Origin: a bacterium
GTDB taxonomy: Bacteria > Zhuqueibacterota > Zhuqueibacteria > Residuimicrobiales > Krinioviventaceae
Direction: 5' to 3'
DNA length: 64,000 nt
NCBI GenBank assembly: GCA_963675755.2
Contig: CAXXMD010000003.1
Span: 352,001 to 416,000 of the forward strand
A program made the position numbers and the translations under genes. Under the pieces are notes generated by a model. It ran no database searches. It saw only the letters and a program-made list of their open reading frames with translations, and had not been told where the DNA came from. Below, one piece after another: positions 58,493 through 64,000 of the stretch. Each line of letters starts with the position of its first letter. The first letter of the stretch is position 1.

Positions 58493-59920
58493 TCAGGCTT
58501 TATCTTTTAATGGCCACAGTTCATGATCTGTACGCACGGTATCCAACAGTTCCTTCATTTTGGCAACAATTTGAGGATACTGGTCCGCAATATTGTTCAG
58601 TTCTTCAATATCAACGGACAAATCATACAATTCAATGGGTCCGGAAGGATAATGCCTTACAGCCTTCCATTCTCCCATTCGTACCGCCTGATCTGTGGCT
58701 TTGTTTTCATGAAACTCCCAATACAGGTATTCATGCTGTGGTTGCTTTTTGCCCAACAATTCCGGCAGAAATGAAATACCATCAATATCTTGCGGTACAT
58801 CAACTCTGGCTAATTGACAAGCTGTAGGCAAAAAGTCCCAAAATGCAGATACATGTTTGGATGTGCTCTCTGCCTTGATCTTTCCGGGCCAGCGTACCAT
58901 AAACGGAACACGTATACCACCATCATACAGATCACGTTTATATCCACGTACAGGACCGTTACTATCAAAAAAGTCAGGGTCCGCACCGCCTTCTTTATGA
59001 GGTCCATTATCGCTTGAAAACATGACAATGGTATTATCATCAATTCCCAATTCTTTTAACAGGTCCATCATACGGCCCACATCCCTGTCCATTCGCTCAA
59101 CCATACCGGCAAAAGCAGCTTTCGGCATGAGCTGTGTACCATAGTGTCCACGGCCTCCATCTTTGGCACTGTAATGTGGTGTTTCCTCAAACTTGCCTTT
59201 AAAGGGATCAATAGAATCTTCCGGTACCAGCAATTCCGCATGCGGAATGGTAAAGGGAACGTATAAAAAGAACGGTTCATCTTTATGGCGTTTAATAAAA
59301 TCCAGTGTTTCATTAGCAATCAGATCATGGGTATACTGTTGCTGCTTACCGTCCTGGTTCCCTTCAAGTGTGATCTTTTCACCGTTTTTCCAGAGGTAAT
59401 CTGTATAATAGAAATGGGCATGCCCCTGGTTCAGATACCCCATAAACTCGTCAAATCCTTGTTTGTCCGGTTGACCGGTAGTGGTCATTACACCCAAACT
59501 CCACTTGCCAAATATGCCGGTGGCATAACCGGCAGGTTTTAACAGTTCAGCAACGGTAACATCCTGCGGACGCAGTTCCAAACACGCACCAAATCCATGT
59601 GGACCGGCTTCATAGTTTCCACGTACACGGGAATGCCCGGTATGGAATCCGGTCATCAGGCTGCATCGCGAAGGTGCGCAAACGGTACTACCGGCGTAAT
59701 GATCTGTAAATTTCATCCCTTCTGCGGCCAATCTGTCCAGATTAGGAGTTTTAAAATGCGTTTGTCCATAACACCCCAAATCTCCATATCCCAGATCATC
59801 TGCAAGAATATAAATAATATTGGGTTTAGCTGTTGGTTTTGAACAGGAAGAAAAGCCCAATGGCAGTGCGGCAAATCCTGCAAGGCCGCCCAATTGTTTC
59901 ATAAATTGTCTGCGATTCAT
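58493..59920 (-). CDS. Arylsulfatase (S1), Tat lipoprotein
   Basis: RRQFMK and SSC; PNIIYILADDLGYGD, CAPSRCSLMTG, GKW, SDNG, KRDLYDGGIRVP. Confidence 0.93.
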   Translation of the reverse strand: MNRRQFMKQLGGLAGFAALPLGFSSCSKPTAKPNIIYILADDLGYGDLGCYGQTHFKTPNLDRLAAEGMKFTDHYAGSTVCAPSRCSLMTGFHTGHSRVRGNYEAGPHGFGACLELRPQDVTVAELLKPAGYATGIFGKWSLGVMTTTGQPDKQGFDEFMGYLNQGHAHFYYTDYLWKNGEKITLEGNQDGKQQQYTHDLIANETLDFIKRHKDEPFFLYVPFTIPHAELLVPEDSIDPFKGKFEETPHYSAKDGGRGHYGTQLMPKAAFAGMVERMDRDVGRMMDLLKELGIDDNTIVMFSSDNGPHKEGGADPDFFDSNGPVRGYKRDLYDGGIRVPFMVRWPGKIKAESTSKHVSAFWDFLPTACQLARVDVPQDIDGISFLPELLGKKQPQHEYLYWEFHENKATDQAVRMGEWKAVRHYPSGPIELYDLSVDIEELNNIADQYPQIVAKMKELLDTVRTDHELWPLKDKA

Positions 59921-59945
59921 ATTTACCCGATTCTTTCCATAACCA

Positions 59946-60785
59946 TTATTGTAAATAGCCAAGTTTTGTTAAAAACTGGTCCATTTCTTCTACTGTTTTA
60001 ATATAGTATTTGTTTTCAAATTTCCCATAATTAAAAAAACCATGTCCCACATCGGGAAAAGTAATCAGCTCGCATGTATTGCCGTTTTCATGCATGAGAC
60101 GGCTAAAACGCTCTACATTTTCAACCGGCACTGCGGTATCACTCTGTCCATGAAAGATTATTGTTGGAGGTAAACCCGCTCTTACATGATGAGCAGGAGA
60201 AATCTGTTCCCAGTTCTCGCCGCACTTTTCCCGACCATATCCTTTTTCAGAGGTGTCAATAACAGGATTAAATAAAACCAGGGCATTGGGAACAGAACTG
60301 ACGGTCAAATCTTCATCTGGCGAATCAAATCCTTCTATAACCGCGGTACATGCTGCCACATGTCCACCGGCGGAACCACCGCCAGCGGCAATCATATCGG
60401 GAGCTATACCCAGTTCACCGGCATGAAGGCGTATCCAACGGACTACGGATTTGCCATCGGTTACGCACTCGAATGGTGTGGTGCCATGTTTTTCTTTAAT
60501 ACGGTATTCTGCACAAATTGCAACCATTCCCCGGGAGGCAAGATGTTTACTATGCTCATAAAAATGTTTGGCAGTACCATGTGTCCATCCTCCGCCAAAA
60601 AAGAAAACAATTGCCGGTAAAGGCTCCCCATCTGTTTGTGTGGGTTTAAAAACATGTAAATTCAGTCGGGTTGTATCAATTTGTTTGTACTGAACAACCT
60701 CCAAAGTGTATTTTTCTTGGTCCTGCGCATAAAGAAAAGACACCCCAATAAAAAGAAAAACCAGAATAAATCGTACAATCTTCAA
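59946..60785 (-). CDS. Secreted alpha/beta hydrolase (carbohydrate esterase/acetylesterase-like)
   Basis: FFGGGW, GGSAGGH nucleophile elbow, HG..D..VP, GHGFFN. Confidence 0.85.
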   Translation of the reverse strand: MKIVRFILVFLFIGVSFLYAQDQEKYTLEVVQYKQIDTTRLNLHVFKPTQTDGEPLPAIVFFFGGGWTHGTAKHFYEHSKHLASRGMVAICAEYRIKEKHGTTPFECVTDGKSVVRWIRLHAGELGIAPDMIAAGGGSAGGHVAACTAVIEGFDSPDEDLTVSSVPNALVLFNPVIDTSEKGYGREKCGENWEQISPAHHVRAGLPPTIIFHGQSDTAVPVENVERFSRLMHENGNTCELITFPDVGHGFFNYGKFENKYYIKTVEEMDQFLTKLGYLQ

Positions 60786-60881
60786 ATCAACACCTCAAAA
60801 TTAATAAAGTGATAAACATGTTATCGAATATTATACTATAACATAAAGCATGATTTAAGATAAAACAGTACTCTATAAAAT

Positions 60882-60919
60882 AAAAATGCGGGACATATTA
60901 TATACTATATCCCGCATTT
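60882..60919 (-). terminator. Possible terminator after the rhaI-permease unit
   Basis: ATGCGGGA..TCCCGCAT inverted repeat with an A run on the + strand. Confidence 0.55.
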
Positions 60920-60936
60920 ATTGAATATCTAAAAAA

Positions 60937-61134
60937 TTATTGATCTTTTTTCTTATCTGCAATCAGCCAAAAGGGAGAGAATACAAACCATAGCAGGGTG
61001 CTGATATTGGTAACAATAATAAATAATTCTTTGCTCTGATTTCCCAGGAAAACCTGAGTAGCAAACAAAAGGATCATTACAAGAGCAAATATAGATACAA
61101 ACGGTGCCAGTTTACGCATAATTGTTTTGAACAT
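60937..61134 (-). CDS. Small two-TM hypothetical protein
   Basis: GAGGAG RBS; 65 aa, two hydrophobic helices; directly downstream of the NCS1 permease. Confidence 0.65.
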   Translation of the reverse strand: MFKTIMRKLAPFVSIFALVMILLFATQVFLGNQSKELFIIVTNISTLLWFVFSPFWLIADKKKDQ

Positions 61135-61152
61135 ATCATTCTCCTCTCTTGG

Positions 61153-62523
61153 TTACGCTTTTTTCAGGTTAACGGCATAGCTCAAACCAATATATAAAAT
61201 TTGAGCAATAAAATAACCTGGCAGCCATTTAAAAAACATATCCAGGGGAAGTATAAACACAATAATCAGCGTAGCAGCCCAGGTAACCAGAGCTGGCCAA
61301 CTGATAAACAACTTTTGGGTTTCAGCGCGATATTGCGGCAATCCCAATTTGGGGATGAGCCAATGCTCTGCAAAAACAACAGCGCCCATAGGCATGAGAA
61401 TCAATCCATACAGAGCTACAAAATCCAGCAAACGGGTAAATACCAATGGAAAACATGCAACCGCAGAGGTTACCAAACCCGCAACCAATGTCACTTTCCA
61501 GCGCTGCCAGTTGGGTGTAACCACCTGAAGCGCCAGTCCGGCCCGGTACATGGTAGGATTAGAAGTTGTCCAACCCGCGATAACTACAGCAACCGCACCA
61601 GAAAAACCGGCAGCAGCAAAAGCCATCATGCCGGGATTCATATCACGTGCAACAGCGGCAACCATAATTCCCGAACAAATCCAGGCCAAAAAGTGACCGG
61701 GGTACATGCCAAAAGCACTGTAAAAGCCGTATTTCCAGTTTTTAGCATATCGTAATGTAGCCATATCTGCAAGGCCTACATGCATAGCAAGATTGGCAAA
61801 CCAGGCAAAAAACAATACATGCCACATGGTATATTTCTGCTGACCGGGAGTAGGTACACCTGTCCAGATCTTGGTTTCAGCGATATGCCAGAAATCAGAA
61901 AGGCTGTGAATATGACCCAGACTGGGCAGTAATGCAAGAGCACCCGCAATAAAAATGGCAAACATCCAGGGAGAACAAACGGATGAAAACTTGCTCACTT
62001 TATCAAAACCCAGAATTGCAAACAAGGTTACTATGGCTCCAACAAACAATGTGATCACAACCCAACCAACACTGTTGGGTAAAACATCTGTTAGCGCTGG
62101 GGTAGGCACATTGAATGCTAGCCCCACCGCGCTTGCGGAAACAGAGATCATTGCCCCGGCTAGAACACAATACAAAAAGGCATTGATAATATTATAAATA
62201 ATTGTTACTCCGGGTCCGGCAACCTTTCGAAGATACCAGTATAATGTCAAACGGGTACGAACCGCAATAGGGGCAACAATAAAGCCCCAGGATAAAACAG
62301 CCAAAAGATTTCCAATAAGCAAACCAATAAACAGGTCTTTGGCCGCAACACCATGTATTACAAACATGGCACCAATTACAAACTCGGTTGCCGCAACATG
62401 TTCACCTGCAAACAGACCAATAAATCGGCCTGATCCATGCAGCTTGTCTTCAGTGACCGGTTGACGGTCAAATTCAAACAAGGCATCTAAACGTTTTGCT
62501 AATGTAGTTTTTTCCATTCCCAA
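61153..62523 (-). CDS. NCS1/cytosine-permease-like membrane transporter
   Basis: About 12 TM helices; EF.R.PV, GEHVAATEFVIG, GLLIGNLLA, GWTTSNPTMY. Confidence 0.75.
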   Translation of the reverse strand: MGMEKTTLAKRLDALFEFDRQPVTEDKLHGSGRFIGLFAGEHVAATEFVIGAMFVIHGVAAKDLFIGLLIGNLLAVLSWGFIVAPIAVRTRLTLYWYLRKVAGPGVTIIYNIINAFLYCVLAGAMISVSASAVGLAFNVPTPALTDVLPNSVGWVVITLFVGAIVTLFAILGFDKVSKFSSVCSPWMFAIFIAGALALLPSLGHIHSLSDFWHIAETKIWTGVPTPGQQKYTMWHVLFFAWFANLAMHVGLADMATLRYAKNWKYGFYSAFGMYPGHFLAWICSGIMVAAVARDMNPGMMAFAAAGFSGAVAVVIAGWTTSNPTMYRAGLALQVVTPNWQRWKVTLVAGLVTSAVACFPLVFTRLLDFVALYGLILMPMGAVVFAEHWLIPKLGLPQYRAETQKLFISWPALVTWAATLIIVFILPLDMFFKWLPGYFIAQILYIGLSYAVNLKKA

Positions 62524-62542
62524 CCTTTTTTTTAAATGTTAA

Positions 62543-63766
62543 CTACTGACGTTCTTTTTCAATCTTTTCCTGATATCCGCTTTCAACATATGCAGCAACA
62601 GGATCTAGCGGTAAATTATTTTCCAAACGTGCCGCGCCAACCAGAGGTCTTACATCGGCATTCATCATGGCATTATTGAATAAACGGTTTGCCAGAATAA
62701 TCTCATCTTTATCCTGAAATTTTGCCAGTGCATCACTGTCAACCAGCGCAGCTTTGGCCAAAGAGATCTGCAAAGAATCAATTGAATGCAAAATAGCGTG
62801 AATACGATTTTCACGACTGCTACATTGATCGATCATATAAGCCCAATTCTTTGAAGCATCAGAATTCACAACCACATTACCCGCAACCAGTTCATAAAAA
62901 ATACGCGCCATTTCACCATTGGGTTCAACAGAATGATCATCATCCGCTGCATAGCGTGTATTAAAATGAAATCCACATTTCATATCATCATTAATAAGGC
63001 GGGCAACAATCTGCTCAATATTGGTAGCATGTGCATGGTGGCCCAAATCTACCAGAACACCTGTATTACCACCGGCTTTTTTCGCCATCATGTAAGCGCT
63101 GCCCCAATCGGAAATAACTGTGCTATAAGTACCGGGTTCAAAAACTTTGTACTCGATAAGGATGGAAACATCATTGATCATTTTGGATCGCATCTCAACA
63201 ATACTGGCTTCAGCAAGGTCATAAGCTTTTCTTAACTCAACTTGTCCCGGGTAGGCAGAGCCATCAGAAACCCACAGAGTAACCAATTTGTCTCCATATT
63301 TCTCTGCTATTTCACCTGCCAATATAGTTTGGTTAATATATCTTTCACGGGTTTCCTTTTCAGTAGCGGAAAGACTGCCACGATACGAACCCCGTAAAAA
63401 ATAAGTTGGACTGATTGAACCAATGCGCAAACCTCGTGCCTTTGTTTCTTTTGCTATGTTCTCCGCTATTTTCATATCCGATTCCATACAATCATCGGAA
63501 AAATCCCACAACATGTGCATAGCAACCGAATCTGCAGCACCGGTTATTTTGTTAACCATTGCAGCATCGTCCAGTTTTTCTAAAATCGTTCTGCCAAACG
63601 CTGGTGGCATATAGTCGCCAAAACGTCCACCACCAAATTCTCCAAATATCCAGCTGGGTATCTCTATCCGAAAGCGGGCCACTTTATCTATCGCGTCTTT
63701 TACTCTTTCTTTGCCAAATTCGAGTTCTAACAGCTGAACTCCCAATGTTACTTGTTTTTCATTCAT
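62543..63766 (-). CDS. rhaI: L-rhamnose isomerase (RhaI, xylose-isomerase-like TIM barrel)
   Basis: IEIPSW, H..WD, W..DG..YPGQ, EYK.FEP, DWG, VDLGHH...TNIEQIV, FHFN.RYAADDD, YMIDQ. Confidence 0.8.
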   Translation of the reverse strand: MNEKQVTLGVQLLELEFGKERVKDAIDKVARFRIEIPSWIFGEFGGGRFGDYMPPAFGRTILEKLDDAAMVNKITGAADSVAMHMLWDFSDDCMESDMKIAENIAKETKARGLRIGSISPTYFLRGSYRGSLSATEKETRERYINQTILAGEIAEKYGDKLVTLWVSDGSAYPGQVELRKAYDLAEASIVEMRSKMINDVSILIEYKVFEPGTYSTVISDWGSAYMMAKKAGGNTGVLVDLGHHAHATNIEQIVARLINDDMKCGFHFNTRYAADDDHSVEPNGEMARIFYELVAGNVVVNSDASKNWAYMIDQCSSRENRIHAILHSIDSLQISLAKAALVDSDALAKFQDKDEIILANRLFNNAMMNADVRPLVGAARLENNLPLDPVAAYVESGYQEKIEKERQ

Positions 63767-63802
63767 TTCAATTCCTGTTTTTTAATACATATTAAAATGT
63801 TG

Positions 63803-64000
63803 TTATAATTTTCTTTTTATACCAATATCATGGTATATTAATTTGGATTTGATGATTTTGTGGACCGGTTTCTTGTGTTTTACTGGATTGTCTATCAGAT
63901 CTACCATCATATCTACTGCCATGCTACCAATTTTATAAGGATACTGGTAAACAGTCAAAAAAGGAACACCCAAACGCGCTACAATATCATTATCACCAAA
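63803..64000 (-). CDS. C-terminal end of a LacI/AraR-type transcriptional regulator (truncated by the window edge)
   Basis: Manual translation FGDNDIVARLGVPFLTVYQYPYKIGSMAVDMMVDLIDNPVKHKKPVHKIIKSKLIYHDIGIKRKL* resembles the GFD..P.LTTV.Q...IG..A sugar-binding domain tail. Confidence 0.7.
   Translation of the reverse strand, partial: FGDNDIVARLGVPFLTVYQYPYKIGSMAVDMMVDLIDNPVKHKKPVHKIIKSKLIYHDIGIKRKL

Overview
64 kb of bacterial chromosome, AT-rich, from a Gram-negative (LPS heptosyltransferase, TolC, beta-barrels), probably heterotrophic organism. The gene style suggests an uncultured FCB/KSB1/Calditrichota-like lineage, but this is inference only. 1-10.5 kb: housekeeping run (nrnA, a large soluble GAF histidine kinase, polyprenyl synthase, waaF, rsfS, argS, PfkB kinase, yjbQ, orphan ECF ATPase). 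10.5-12.9 kb and 24.5-24.8 kb: mosaics of several palindromic REP-like repeats, including seven copies of a double-hairpin unit, six of them bracketing a BNR/YCF48-type lipoprotein gene. 13-36 kb: secreted hydrolases, RND pump, penicillin-acylase family protein, ALDH, DUF1598-like pair, ECF sigma/anti-sigma/YbjQ/Zn-ribbon operon, ATPase-less MacAB-like operon with an ECF-type promoter, YqhD. 36-42 kb: PAS kinase plus sigma54 activator next to a FapA-fragment/CheW/MCP operon with a readable sigma54 promoter, IHF site and two identical enhancer palindromes. 42.5-64 kb: minus-strand rhamnose/apiose/sulfated-glycan utilization locus (2x GH109, 2 sulfatases, GH106, GH140, DUF5916 barrel, SSS and NCS1 transporters, esterase, RhaI, truncated regulator). 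It carries two unexpected members, a URO-D/MtaA-like protein and an AAC(3)-like acetyltransferase. No rRNA, tRNA, CRISPR array or transposase was recognised. All family calls come from motif recognition by eye; no database search was run.
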